From the NCBI GenBank assembly GCA_043732185.1, contig JAYTHY010000074.1, forward strand, positions 64,001 to 128,000: a DNA stretch of 64,000 nucleotides. The letters are read 5' to 3'. Numbering within the stretch: the first letter of the stretch is position 1; every line of letters starts with the position of its first letter. Below, piece by piece: positions 29,162 to 38,936 of this stretch. Below the pieces are notes generated by a model. The model saw only the letters and a list, made by a program, of their open reading frames with translations, was not told where the DNA came from and ran no database searches. The position numbers and the translations under genes were made by a program. The stretch comes from Fibrobacteria bacterium (GTDB taxonomy: Bacteria; Fibrobacterota; Fibrobacteria; UBA11236).

Positions 29162-30349
29162 ATGTCCTACCGCCACTTGACCCCAATCCTTAAAAGTAGA
29201 GTCGCAAGCTTTCGGTCCGTTTACCTACACGGCCCCAGGCAAGTGGGCAAGACCACATTGTGTCGGAAAACATTTCCGGACTGGCCTTATGCCTCATTGG
29301 AAAACCCGGATCAACGGGCTTATGCTCTTGAGGACCCAAGAGGATTTCTGGCTCAATATCCCAAGGGAGCGATTCTCGATGAAGTTCAAAAGGTACCTAG
29401 CCTGCTTTCGTACTTGCAGGAAATTATTGATTCAGGCGGCTGCAAATTCATATTGACCGGTTCGCAAAACCTGCTCTTGATGGAAGGGGTCTCGCAAACA
29501 CTGGCGGGCCGTATGGCAATTCTACAACTGCTCCCAATGAGCCGTGCTGAATATCAGGAACGCGAAGCGTCCGATCCCGAAAAGGACCAGTACACGGGTT
29601 TGGAGCCCGTTTCCAAGTCCACCAATTTATGGGAAGAAATTTATCTTGGCGGTTTTCCTGAACCGCGGAACAAACCGGAAATTTTTCGTCCTTGGGCGGA
29701 TAGTTATATCGCTACTTATCTTGAGAGGGATGTTCGCAGTCTTCTCAAAGTACATGACCTTGGACTCTTTCAACGTTTTTTGATCCTTTGCGCAGTTCGA
29801 AGTGGACAACTGCTGAACCTTGCGTCCTTATCCTCGGATTCCGGCGTGAGCGAGGCCCAGTGTCGGCGCTGGCTGACTGTGTTGCAAGCATCAGAGTTGA
29901 TTTTTTTGTTACAGCCCTATCATGAAAATCTCGGCAAGCGAATCACCAAGTCCCCGAAACTTTTTTTTACGGATACCGGAATTCTCGGTCGCCTGCTCGG
30001 CATCGAATCTGCGGCCTCCATACCCACGCATCCTGCCATGGGCGCCTTATTCGAAACCTTTATCGTAAATGAAATCAGGAAATGTATGCTTAACCGGGGA
30101 GACCTTCCCGCTGAATTCTTCTGGCGTGATAAAACTGGCCATGAAATCGATTACCTGCTGCAATCGGGAACTCGCGTATCGGCGTTTGAATGCAAGGCGA
30201 CGCAAACTTTGGCGGGAGACCATTTTAAGAATTTAACCGGCTATATTGAACGACGGGGAAAGGAAAATACTACCGGTCGCCTGGTTTATGCCGGAAACTC
30301 TGAATTGGAACGGCGGGGCGTGAAAACGCTTCCCTGGTGGCGGATCTGA
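29162..30349 (+). CDS. AAA_14 + DUF4143 ATP-binding protein
   Basis: GPRQVGKTT, LDEVQ, LTGSQ, LAGR, GGFP, KSPKLFFTDTG, EIDYL..ECK. Confidence 0.92.
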   Translation: MSYRHLTPILKSRVASFRSVYLHGPRQVGKTTLCRKTFPDWPYASLENPDQRAYALEDPRGFLAQYPKGAILDEVQKVPSLLSYLQEIIDSGGCKFILTGSQNLLLMEGVSQTLAGRMAILQLLPMSRAEYQEREASDPEKDQYTGLEPVSKSTNLWEEIYLGGFPEPRNKPEIFRPWADSYIATYLERDVRSLLKVHDLGLFQRFLILCAVRSGQLLNLASLSSDSGVSEAQCRRWLTVLQASELIFLLQPYHENLGKRITKSPKLFFTDTGILGRLLGIESAASIPTHPAMGALFETFIVNEIRKCMLNRGDLPAEFFWRDKTGHEIDYLLQSGTRVSAFECKATQTLAGDHFKNLTGYIERRGKENTTGRLVYAGNSELERRGVKTLPWWRI

Positions 30350-30627
30350 AGCACCATCCCGTCAATATCGCTTGCCTACCTTGTTTTAATTATCGCCAGA
30401 TAAGTTCCATTGAATAGCAAACCATTTTCTTCGACTGCGGTCATTTCGATATCGGCGTCGACGGATAATGCCAAGCTTAAAAGTACCACTTATTGACGCT
30501 TTTGACTGAATTCCATTTTTTAATTGGCAATTTTTAAACCGTATGCTCCTTCGATTTACTTCGATTTACCTATAGTATTCTCAGTCTTTACCTATGCTCT
30601 CCTCAGTCAAATTATTGAATAGGCCAT

Positions 30628-32676
30628 TTGGAGGACTATTATGACAAGACGGAATGTCTTTACACCAAGATCAATTGGATGAGTGCGTCAGCGACAATTT
30701 TGCTCATGATTGGCTTTTCATATGGACTTGATATCCATGTTTCTGCTGTGGCGCCCTCTGATGGAGATGGGTCCTCCGCCAACCCGTACCGGACGATTCA
30801 GGCGGCAGCGACTAACGCCAGCGCCGGCGATAATGTTCTCATCCATGCAGGAATTTACCGCGAAACCGTGACGCCTGCACATTCAGGATCTAGTGAATCA
30901 TCCCGCATTACATTTATGCCTTATCAGAAAGATATTGTAATAGTGGACGGAGCCGACCCCTTAACTGGGTGGACTGTATCAACCGGGGCTATTTTCAAAG
31001 CACCTCTCGGTTGGGACCTGGGTGCTCAAAATCAGATTTTTGTCAACGATACCATGGCTCACCTGGCACGCTGGCCCAATGTCCGTGATGGTGTAGATCC
31101 CTTCTTCAACTTTGAAAGTTATGCCACTTGCGACGCAGGTAGCGCAGATGCCCATATCATCGATAATGCACTACCAGCAAAGCCGGACAACTTCTTCCAA
31201 GGGAGTACGTTGTGGGCGCTATTCGGAGTAAAATGGACATCTTTTGGTACCCGAGTGACAAGCTCACAAGGAAACAACCTCTATTATCCTTCCCATGGAG
31301 ACGCACCCTTTGTTAAACCGTATGGTCCCATGATGTCTTCTGACCGCGAGCTCTACTTCCTGGCAGGTAAACTCAATCTCTTAGATACCATCAACGAATG
31401 GTATTATGATAATAGTGCCAAACAACTTTATTTGCAGGTAGCGGGGGGCGGTAATCCAGGTACCTCTGTGAAAGCAAAACATCGGCAGTTTGCTTTTAAT
31501 CTCTCAGACAAATCGTATATCACTATTAAGAATATCCGCGTCTTTGCCTCAACCATTACCATGCTTAATTCGAACCACTGTGTTCTGGATGGGATTAACG
31601 CTCGCTATATCAGTCATCATTCCATGGACAATATTGACCCTTATGCCGGAACCGGGGCCTTTGGCACCGGCGGCAGCGGAATCACTCTTTCGGGTAATGC
31701 GGACACGGTCAAGAATTGTATTATCAAATACAGTGCCGGATCCGGTGTTTCACTTATGGGTTCCAACCATGTAATTGACAATAACGATATCCAGTATACA
31801 AATTACATCGGTTCATATTGCGAAGGTATCCACAACAATGGGGATGAAGTTCAAGGAACTAACATCCGCATCACCCGCAACAAAGTCTGGTATGCAGGTG
31901 GACCACTGATTGACAATACTCGAATGAAGGGAACCAATGATAATTACACCTTTGTTTTTTATAATGACTGTGCTTATGGGGAACAATTAGGCGACGATCG
32001 GGGTGGTATCAACGGAAATGGATCGGAAGTGGCCTACAATTGGGTTCACGATATTGGCAGAGGGCTTGCTTATGGTACCGTTCCTGCTTTGTATACCGAT
32101 GGTTCCCTTGATTATACAACTTATCACCATAATGTTGTTTGGAATCTCACTGGAGCAAATGCCGGTGCCGTGCAGATCAACAATACTGCCGGAGACAAAA
32201 ACGGAAACCAGGGCATCTTCATCTACAATAACACGGGTCATAATGTCTCTAGTGCCATTACGGGTGTCGATCCCACCTACACCGAAAAAAACAACTATGT
32301 CAACCAAGCAACCGCCAATTATGTCAGCGCAACTACTTACGACTTTCACCTCATTTCAACTTCGTCCGCCGTCAACACAGGTGTAGTTATTCCGGACATC
32401 ACGGACAACTATGTTGGCAGCAGTCCCGACAAAGGTGCCTACGAGTATAACGGGAATGAGGTCGTAAGCAATTGGCGCGCGGGTTTGAATGTACCCATTT
32501 ATTATACTGGTAATGGCACATGGTTACCGACTCCGGTGCATGCCCAAACAAGATTATTTCAAAAACCACCCCTCCAAGAATTCGATAGGCTATACGAAAT
32601 CCAGGGACGATTACTGCATCGGGTTGGAGCTAAGCAGGTGCATGTAATACGGCGATCTTCATCACGAAATAAATAA
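30628..32676 (+). CDS. Secreted right-handed beta-helix protein, probably polysaccharide-active; 5' end ambiguous
   Basis: GDGSSANPYRTIQAAA, GIYRETV, ARWPN, PDKGAYEY; short tail LYEIQGR. In-frame ATG at 30679, but the best RBS points to an out-of-frame ATG at 30641. Confidence 0.8.
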   Translation: MEDYYDKTECLYTKINWMSASATILLMIGFSYGLDIHVSAVAPSDGDGSSANPYRTIQAAATNASAGDNVLIHAGIYRETVTPAHSGSSESSRITFMPYQKDIVIVDGADPLTGWTVSTGAIFKAPLGWDLGAQNQIFVNDTMAHLARWPNVRDGVDPFFNFESYATCDAGSADAHIIDNALPAKPDNFFQGSTLWALFGVKWTSFGTRVTSSQGNNLYYPSHGDAPFVKPYGPMMSSDRELYFLAGKLNLLDTINEWYYDNSAKQLYLQVAGGGNPGTSVKAKHRQFAFNLSDKSYITIKNIRVFASTITMLNSNHCVLDGINARYISHHSMDNIDPYAGTGAFGTGGSGITLSGNADTVKNCIIKYSAGSGVSLMGSNHVIDNNDIQYTNYIGSYCEGIHNNGDEVQGTNIRITRNKVWYAGGPLIDNTRMKGTNDNYTFVFYNDCAYGEQLGDDRGGINGNGSEVAYNWVHDIGRGLAYGTVPALYTDGSLDYTTYHHNVVWNLTGANAGAVQINNTAGDKNGNQGIFIYNNTGHNVSSAITGVDPTYTEKNNYVNQATANYVSATTYDFHLISTSSAVNTGVVIPDITDNYVGSSPDKGAYEYNGNEVVSNWRAGLNVPIYYTGNGTWLPTPVHAQTRLFQKPPLQEFDRLYEIQGRLLHRVGAKQVHVIRRSSSRNK

Positions 32677-32752
32677 TGAACCTATGCCCTATGTACGATT
32701 ATTTTAGTGATGAATTAATTTTGAAGTTTTTCACACCCAGAAGGAATCTATC

Positions 32753-34036
32753 ATGCTAGGACTTCGTAAATTGGTGGCAATCCCATACCATTCAAAAAGT
32801 ATTCTACATATCGCTCTTGCCGGTTTTTTCTGTATATCCGCCTCGATATCCGTTCACTCCCAACCGCTTCCTTCAGGGCCCCGGCTAAAAGAGTTGGCCG
32901 ATAAGGCCGGTTTGTTATTAGGCGTGCGGACACTCATGCTTAGTGACACCTACAACACAGTTGTGGAAAGGGAATTCAATACTGGAACCACAACCTGGTA
33001 CGCTAAGTGGGAGGCGGAAGGTGTCACAGCATATGATCATTTCAACAAGGGGGTGAATTGGCTGTATTCAAAAAATATGCACCCGATGAATCACATGTTA
33101 TTCGGTCCGGATCAATATGAAAAAGCCCGTGTCAATGTGCTTACGGAAGCGGCGGCTTTGGATACCGTCATGGAAAGCCGTGTTCGCGGGATTATGCAAA
33201 GCAATGGGAATAGTACCAAGGTCAACTCCTGGAATATCGTGAATGAAGCGTTCCAGTGGAGCAGTGACGGCAGCAATGGGGACTATTGGGTGGAAAGCGG
33301 CATCGATCCCATGGTGTGGTGGAAAATGGGCTCGGAGAATGACAATTCCGGACTCACTGGGATAGATAAAGTCAATGTTAGGCATCCCATTTTCATCCGG
33401 AAAGCTTTTGAGTACGCTCGAAAATACACTACCGGTAAGCTGGAGCTGCGCGAGAACACCATTGAGTTCTCCTCTAAAAAATCGCGGGCGTTTTATCAGC
33501 TTGTAAAACATCTTAAGAATTCGGGCGTGCCCATTGATGCGATTGGCATGCAATGCCACCTTGAATTTGGTTTCAATACGGTTCAATTGGCCCAGGAAAT
33601 ACGTAAATACCGCGCCTTAGGTTTGCAGGTTTATTTTTCGGAAGTGGATATCAGCTGCGGAAATCAAGCTTGGACGAGCACGGTGGCGGAATTACAAAAG
33701 CAGGAATATCGAAAACTGATCACCGTCGCACTTGAAGAAGGAGTGAGTCAAGTCCACTTCTGGGGCCTCCGCGATGCCGATGAAAATTGGCTTGGGGATA
33801 AGAGTCCCTTGTTATTCGATAAGAATTCCAGCCCGAAACCAGCCTACTATGGAGTACAAGAAGCCCTGGTAGCCTTTAATGCCAAGACTACAGCCCTTTT
33901 CAATTCTGGACGCGGAATTTTCCATTTGAGTCGGGCACCTCTTGAGCCTACCGTACTTGGAATTTCGATAGATGGTCGGGTTAGAGCTTTACCACATGTC
34001 TTCGCGGAAATGCTCCCCCTATTTCCATCACGGTAG
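32753..34036 (+). CDS. Glycoside hydrolase family 10 (endo-1,4-beta-xylanase-like), divergent
   Basis: WNIVNE (acid/base), GVPIDAIGMQCH, FSEVD (nucleophile), WGLRD, PLLFD..PKPAYY. Confidence 0.85.
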   Translation: MLGLRKLVAIPYHSKSILHIALAGFFCISASISVHSQPLPSGPRLKELADKAGLLLGVRTLMLSDTYNTVVEREFNTGTTTWYAKWEAEGVTAYDHFNKGVNWLYSKNMHPMNHMLFGPDQYEKARVNVLTEAAALDTVMESRVRGIMQSNGNSTKVNSWNIVNEAFQWSSDGSNGDYWVESGIDPMVWWKMGSENDNSGLTGIDKVNVRHPIFIRKAFEYARKYTTGKLELRENTIEFSSKKSRAFYQLVKHLKNSGVPIDAIGMQCHLEFGFNTVQLAQEIRKYRALGLQVYFSEVDISCGNQAWTSTVAELQKQEYRKLITVALEEGVSQVHFWGLRDADENWLGDKSPLLFDKNSSPKPAYYGVQEALVAFNAKTTALFNSGRGIFHLSRAPLEPTVLGISIDGRVRALPHVFAEMLPLFPSR

Positions 34037-35266
34037 CTCCAATACCCAACGATACGCTTGCATAATATCCCGGCGAAACACATCTACTGTTCCATTTAAG
34101 TAAACATGGAATTTGCGGTACACGGACTCGTCACAAGTCCGTACAATGGCATCACGGTTGCGCTCGAGATTTAGCGCCCAATGCCGGGCTGTGAGCATAT
34201 AACTGTGTCGATCATCCCAAACCCCTAGCAATCGAAAAGGTGTTTTTGACAATTCTGTCATATAATCATGCAGGCATAGTGGGGAACAGTTACCGGGATA
34301 AATATGCTTGGATATGAAACTGTGGAACTTGTATTTCTCTCGGCAGGCGCTCGCGTCCAGATAAATTTTCCCTCCTGGTTTCAAAAGCCGTTGGTAGGTG
34401 GCGAGCGATTTCCGATAGTCCGGTAGGTGTTCGGTAACGCCCAAGTTGACAATGGCATCGAACTTTACACCGGGATTGAATTCATAAAGATGGTTATTGA
34501 CCACATCACAGGGTAGCTTTTCCGACGAGATCATGCGTTGTAAAAACTGTTCGCTTTCCTTGGATATGGTAAGCGATGTAACGCGAATGCCTTTTTTTCC
34601 GGCATGCTCATTGAACGCACCCCATCCGCCGCCAATGTCGAGCACATGATCCCCAGCCTTGGCTCCCACTGCATTGATGGCAAATTCGATTTTCCGGGTC
34701 ATGGCATCTTCCAGGGGCTCGTCATCATGCGCAAAAACGCCTTGGGAATAGCACCGGTGCCGCGTATCGAGAAAACCCAAATAGAGATCCAACGAATTGT
34801 CATAATGTGTGGAGATATGTGAACGATCCATTTTGGTCTGGCCGAACACGAGTGGTTTAGCCAGATTCCATATATAACTGAGCGGGTGTTTGTCCGTGGT
34901 CATATCTCGAAAGCGGTGCACCATGTCCATATCGCCAGTGATATTGATATGGCCCAGAACATAAGCCTCCACGAAGGCTAATCCATCCAGAGACGCCAAT
35001 GCGGAAACGCCAACCTTATCCATGACCTTGAAAGTGATGGTAGGTTCGCCTTGTCCAAATCGGAAAGGCTTATCTTCGCGCCATTGCAAATTGCAGGGAA
35101 CGCCTTGTCCACTTGCGTAATATTCGCCGCAAATTTTTCGCAAAAAGTTTACCAATCTCAGGAAACCGGGATCGGGAGGAATTGTTTGGAACGATCCGGA
35201 TTCTGAATTGGCGCTTTCGGTAGCAATTGGAGCGTATTCGGTTTTTTCCATTAAAGACACCTTCAC
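34028..35266 (-). CDS. Cyclopropane-fatty-acyl-phospholipid synthase-like SAM methyltransferase
   Basis: ISTHYD, VLDIGGGWG, LTISKEQ-like motif, FDAIV..EH, FISKHIYPG. Confidence 0.8.
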   Translation of the reverse strand: MKVSLMEKTEYAPIATESANSESGSFQTIPPDPGFLRLVNFLRKICGEYYASGQGVPCNLQWREDKPFRFGQGEPTITFKVMDKVGVSALASLDGLAFVEAYVLGHINITGDMDMVHRFRDMTTDKHPLSYIWNLAKPLVFGQTKMDRSHISTHYDNSLDLYLGFLDTRHRCYSQGVFAHDDEPLEDAMTRKIEFAINAVGAKAGDHVLDIGGGWGAFNEHAGKKGIRVTSLTISKESEQFLQRMISSEKLPCDVVNNHLYEFNPGVKFDAIVNLGVTEHLPDYRKSLATYQRLLKPGGKIYLDASACREKYKFHSFISKHIYPGNCSPLCLHDYMTELSKTPFRLLGVWDDRHSYMLTARHWALNLERNRDAIVRTCDESVYRKFHVYLNGTVDVFRRDIMQAYRWVLELP

Positions 35267-35505
35267 GAAAATGTGGGTTGAGTAACCATTAAAGTAAAAT
35301 TCGACATTGAGGATTTCAATTATATCCGCAAAAGCTGTAAATATATTCGACGCTTTTACTCAATAACGGCAATAAAAACGGATTAGGGCTTAATATTTCC
35401 TCGCTTTTATAAGCGAATTGTCTGCGTATAATAGCCGATAGCATTTACATTTTCCAGCTACGATTTTGTTCACCTTCAATCACACCTTAAGCCTAAGGGA
35501 ACTAC

Positions 35506-35610
35506 ATGAAGACCGCCCGATCCTTGTTTTCGACCGCTGTTTTGCTCCTAAATATCAATGCCAATGCAATTTTGATTACAGCCTTGCCCGTTTACGCAAA
35601 TCACGCATAA
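35506..35610 (+). CDS. Possible 34-aa hydrophobic peptide (below the ORF-track cutoff)
   Basis: AAGGGA RBS-like site, then MKTARSLFSTAVLLLNINANAILITALPVYANHA*. Confidence 0.35.
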   Translation: MKTARSLFSTAVLLLNINANAILITALPVYANHA

Positions 35611-35648
35611 CCTAATTCTAAAGACGAATACAAAACAGGATAACGCAC

Positions 35649-36131
35649 ATGGCTGATTTCAATATCGCAGTAGAAAAGACTTTGCTTCGTGAAGGTGGGG
35701 CCAAAATAACCGAAGATCCAAAGGACAAAGGAGGCTTGACAAAATTTGGAATCTCTCAGCGCAGTTATCCCAAAGTTGATATTCGCGCCTTGACTAAAGG
35801 CCAGGCTAAGGCCATTTATAAAGCCGACTATTGGGATAAAATTCGTGGCGATGACATCAAGTCACAACTAATAGCGGAAAATATTTTTGACACTGCGGTA
35901 AACATGGGCTCAAAAACTGCAGCGCGTTTGGTTCAGGAATCTTTGCAAATAGCTAAGCCGGACGGTATTATCGGACCCAAATCCTTGGAGGCGATCAATG
36001 GCCAATCGGAACGTGAGTTTCTTTCGGGTTTTACGTTGGGGAAAATTGGTCGTTACGTAGATATTTGCGTCAAAGATAAAACCCAGGAACGTTTTTTACT
36101 GGGATGGATACGGAGAAGCCTGGAAGCTTAA
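35649..36131 (+). CDS. Glycoside hydrolase family 108 (N-acetylmuramidase) with peptidoglycan-binding tail
   Basis: REGG...DPKDKGGLTKFGI, IYKADYW, FDTAVNMG, DGIIGPKS, FLLGWIRR. Confidence 0.92.
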   Translation: MADFNIAVEKTLLREGGAKITEDPKDKGGLTKFGISQRSYPKVDIRALTKGQAKAIYKADYWDKIRGDDIKSQLIAENIFDTAVNMGSKTAARLVQESLQIAKPDGIIGPKSLEAINGQSEREFLSGFTLGKIGRYVDICVKDKTQERFLLGWIRRSLEA

Positions 36132-36169
36132 ATAGGGTACGCCGGTATTTGCACCGGCGCCCATACCGA

Positions 36170-36652
36170 TTAGTGGTGGTGGCCACCGGGACCATGCACA
36201 TGGCCATGGCCTATTTCATCCGCGGTTGCTTCACGAACTGCGACAATTGTGACATCAAAATTAAGATCCACTCCGGCTAATGGATGATTGCCATCCACTA
36301 CCACTTTGTCGCCATCAATTCCTATCACGGTAATGATCCGGACGCCATCTTCCCCTTCCGCTTCCAGCTCCATGCCCTCTTTAAGGTCCGGAATATCGGC
36401 AAAGTCGGCCTTGGTTAGGTTTTGTAAAAGCTCCTCATCTCGCGCCCCATACGCTTCCACATGCGGTATATTGGCTTTCAATGCCTCTCCAACAGTTTTG
36501 CCTTCCAGAACTTTTTCCAATCCGGGAATCAGTTGGCCGGCGCCATGGATAAACTGCAGGGGTTTGCCCTTGGAGGAGCGGTCCAGGACCTCGCCCTTTC
36601 CATCGGTTAGGATATAGTCGATGGATACCACAGAATTCTTGGAGATCTTCAT
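36170..36652 (-). CDS. slyD: FKBP-type peptidyl-prolyl cis-trans isomerase SlyD
   Basis: VVSIDYIL, LIPGLEK, VDGNHPLAG and His-rich tail HGHVHGPGGHHH. Confidence 0.95.
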   Translation of the reverse strand: MKISKNSVVSIDYILTDGKGEVLDRSSKGKPLQFIHGAGQLIPGLEKVLEGKTVGEALKANIPHVEAYGARDEELLQNLTKADFADIPDLKEGMELEAEGEDGVRIITVIGIDGDKVVVDGNHPLAGVDLNFDVTIVAVREATADEIGHGHVHGPGGHHH

Positions 36653-36835
36653 AAAAACACCTTGTTTGCAGGGTTGATTGTTTGCGCCGGATAGTATGGT
36701 ACAAATTATTTCTAAGTGCGTCTTGGAGCCCCCATTTTCCCGACAAAAGCGCTGGAATTTGAGGGCGGAATTCTCTTTGTCGGTGTAGGTTTGGGTGGAT
36801 TCTACTCCTATTTGAATCTCTCCAAAAGGACAGGC

Positions 36836-37939
36836 ATGCATCAAATCGAATGGACGAAAAAATGTGGATGGGTTCTATGTGCATTCCTTACAGGTCTCTT
36901 GCCATCACACCTGATTGGTGGCCAATCGGCGGATTTGAGCGCAATATCCATTTTCCCTAAGGATAATTATTGGCATTGGGATATTTCCGGATTGCAAGTG
37001 CATCCCAATTCGGACAATTTTGTGGCATCGGTAGGCAAAACCGGTTCCTTGCATCCAGATTTCGGATCCACTCTTGGAGGCGCTGGCTGGGGCATTCCTT
37101 ATTTGCTGGTGGATAAAAACCAGGCGAAAATTCCCGTCAATTTTATAGACTATCCCGACGAAAGCGATCCGGGGCCGTATCCCATTCCTCTCAATGCGCC
37201 CATCGAAGGAGGGGATCCCCTATCGGGCGATCGACACACCCTAGCCATCGATAAGGATGCCAAAATTCTCTACGAGCTGTATATCGCTCAGCCCAAAACC
37301 GATCATTGGAATGCCGGCTGCGGGGCTAAATTTGATCTCAGCTCCAATGCCATGCGTCCCGATACCTGGACCTCGGCCGATGCCGCTGGGCTTCCCATTT
37401 TACCGGGCCTGGTGCGCTATGATGAAATTGCCAGGGGAGAAATCGATCATGCCATTCGAATGACCGTTGTCGTGAGTCAAAAAAAATACATCTGGCCCGC
37501 TCAGCACTATGCCAGCAGTAACACCAGCGCTAACGTACCTCCCATGGGTCTTCGGTTCCGACTCAAGGCCAGCGTCGATATTTCCAAACTTCCTCGCGCT
37601 GCCAAAATAGTGGCTACGGCACTAAAAAAATACGGAATGATTGTGGCCGATAATGGCGGCAATTGGTTTATTTCCGGCGCGCCCGATGATCGCATGCCGG
37701 ATGCCGAGATCGATGCGCTTAAAGGCTTGAAAGGCAGCGACTTTGAGGCCGTACTGAGCGTAGATGCGAACGGAAACCCCATTGCACCCAGCGCCATTTT
37801 TTCCCATCGCATTTCTAATCATGCGAGCCAAGGAGAAATCAAGGAGTGGTTCGATCCACTTGGACGACCGCTTGGATCCAATGTGGAAGCGATTATTCCA
37901 TTCCGTCCCATTCTCTCTGGAATCGGGCCAAAAAATTAA
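36836..37939 (+). CDS. Secreted conserved hypothetical protein with short C-terminal tail
   Basis: Signal peptide; FPKDNYW..DIS..VHPNS, ESDPGPYPIP, GDRH, WTSADAAGLPILPGLVRYDE, KKYGMIVADNG. Confidence 0.7.
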   Translation: MHQIEWTKKCGWVLCAFLTGLLPSHLIGGQSADLSAISIFPKDNYWHWDISGLQVHPNSDNFVASVGKTGSLHPDFGSTLGGAGWGIPYLLVDKNQAKIPVNFIDYPDESDPGPYPIPLNAPIEGGDPLSGDRHTLAIDKDAKILYELYIAQPKTDHWNAGCGAKFDLSSNAMRPDTWTSADAAGLPILPGLVRYDEIARGEIDHAIRMTVVVSQKKYIWPAQHYASSNTSANVPPMGLRFRLKASVDISKLPRAAKIVATALKKYGMIVADNGGNWFISGAPDDRMPDAEIDALKGLKGSDFEAVLSVDANGNPIAPSAIFSHRISNHASQGEIKEWFDPLGRPLGSNVEAIIPFRPILSGIGPKN

Positions 37940-38564
37940 GCATGAACACATGGCGTTCTTCAGCCATTGCTCGACCCATGGGCGTATTCATCTTATCCTT
38001 TAGCTTTAATAGCTTTTCGTGAAAATGATTGATGCTGGTGGAGCGTCCGCTCCGATAGCTGGATTGATCCAGAAGATCGCGAGGAGCTGTTGCAGGTTCA
38101 TGCATGGCATTTCCCCGGCTGCCGCCGTAAGCAAATGCACGGGCGATGCCCACCGCTCCGAGCGCGTCCAGGCGATCGGCATCCTGCACGGCCATGAGTT
38201 CAGGGGATTTTGCAACGGATTTTTTCCGATCGAGATCGCTACCAAATGAAACTCTTGCGAGTATATCTTCCAGCGTTGCGCGTCTCTCAGCGGATAAACC
38301 ACAGGTGTCCAAATAATCGGAAAGCACTTTTAAACCTTGTTCGGGAGTTCCGTTGAGCTTGGGATCCGCCACATCGTGCAAGAGGGCCGCCATTTCCACT
38401 AAAAATGGGTCTGCACCTACCTCAGGGCCAATGTGCAAGGCCAATTGACGAACGCGATGGATATGCCAATAATCATGTCCACAGGCGTTGGCTTCAAGGA
38501 GCTTAAGGACAAAGGCTTCCGTACGTGCCAGGAGCTCAAGGGTAGAGCTAGTATTTTCGGTCAT
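37893..38564 (-). CDS. HD-domain phosphohydrolase (YedJ-like)
   Basis: GHDYWHIHRV, LLHDVAD, QDADRLDALGAVGIAR, HFHEKLL. Confidence 0.9.
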   Translation of the reverse strand: MTENTSSTLELLARTEAFVLKLLEANACGHDYWHIHRVRQLALHIGPEVGADPFLVEMAALLHDVADPKLNGTPEQGLKVLSDYLDTCGLSAERRATLEDILARVSFGSDLDRKKSVAKSPELMAVQDADRLDALGAVGIARAFAYGGSRGNAMHEPATAPRDLLDQSSYRSGRSTSINHFHEKLLKLKDKMNTPMGRAMAEERHVFMLNFLARFQREWDGME

Positions 38565-38648
38565 TCCGGAAAGATAACCATAGCCCTTACTGCGGTATAG
38601 GCTTGTTATTATTTAGGTCCAGACCAAATTAAGCGAGGAAGGTTTTTA

Positions 38649-38918
38649 ATGGGATACAATGGCGGTAAAAACAATTATGAAGAACGGGACAGGCTCTTTC
38701 AGCAAAGTTTAGATGGCAAACCAGTAAATCGCAATGATGTCAAAAAAGGCTTGAACGAATTGTTCAAAAACAAACCCCAGGGTGTCGATGAACGCTGCAC
38801 CAAAGGCCATTCTTGGATTCGCGACTTCGACGAAAAAGAAAAATGCGCTTACTGTCGCACTCCGCGCCCCCCCGGAGAAGCCACCCGACCCGGTTTTGCT
38901 CCCGGCACAAAAGTCTAG
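38649..38918 (+). CDS. Small hypothetical protein with a possible zinc ribbon
   Basis: GAGGAAGG RBS; C-x2-GH-x10-CAYC motif. Confidence 0.6.
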   Translation: MGYNGGKNNYEERDRLFQQSLDGKPVNRNDVKKGLNELFKNKPQGVDERCTKGHSWIRDFDEKEKCAYCRTPRPPGEATRPGFAPGTKV

Positions 38919-38936
38919 AATACATAACGGCTGCGC

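Noticed and set aside
29162..30349. AAA_14/DUF4143 ATPase as a novel defence system
   Set aside because: Common stand-alone family; no partner nuclease, methylase or other defence gene adjacent.
35649..36131. Prophage lysis cassette
   Set aside because: The flanking genes are cfa-like and slyD; no structural, integrase or clear holin/spanin genes.
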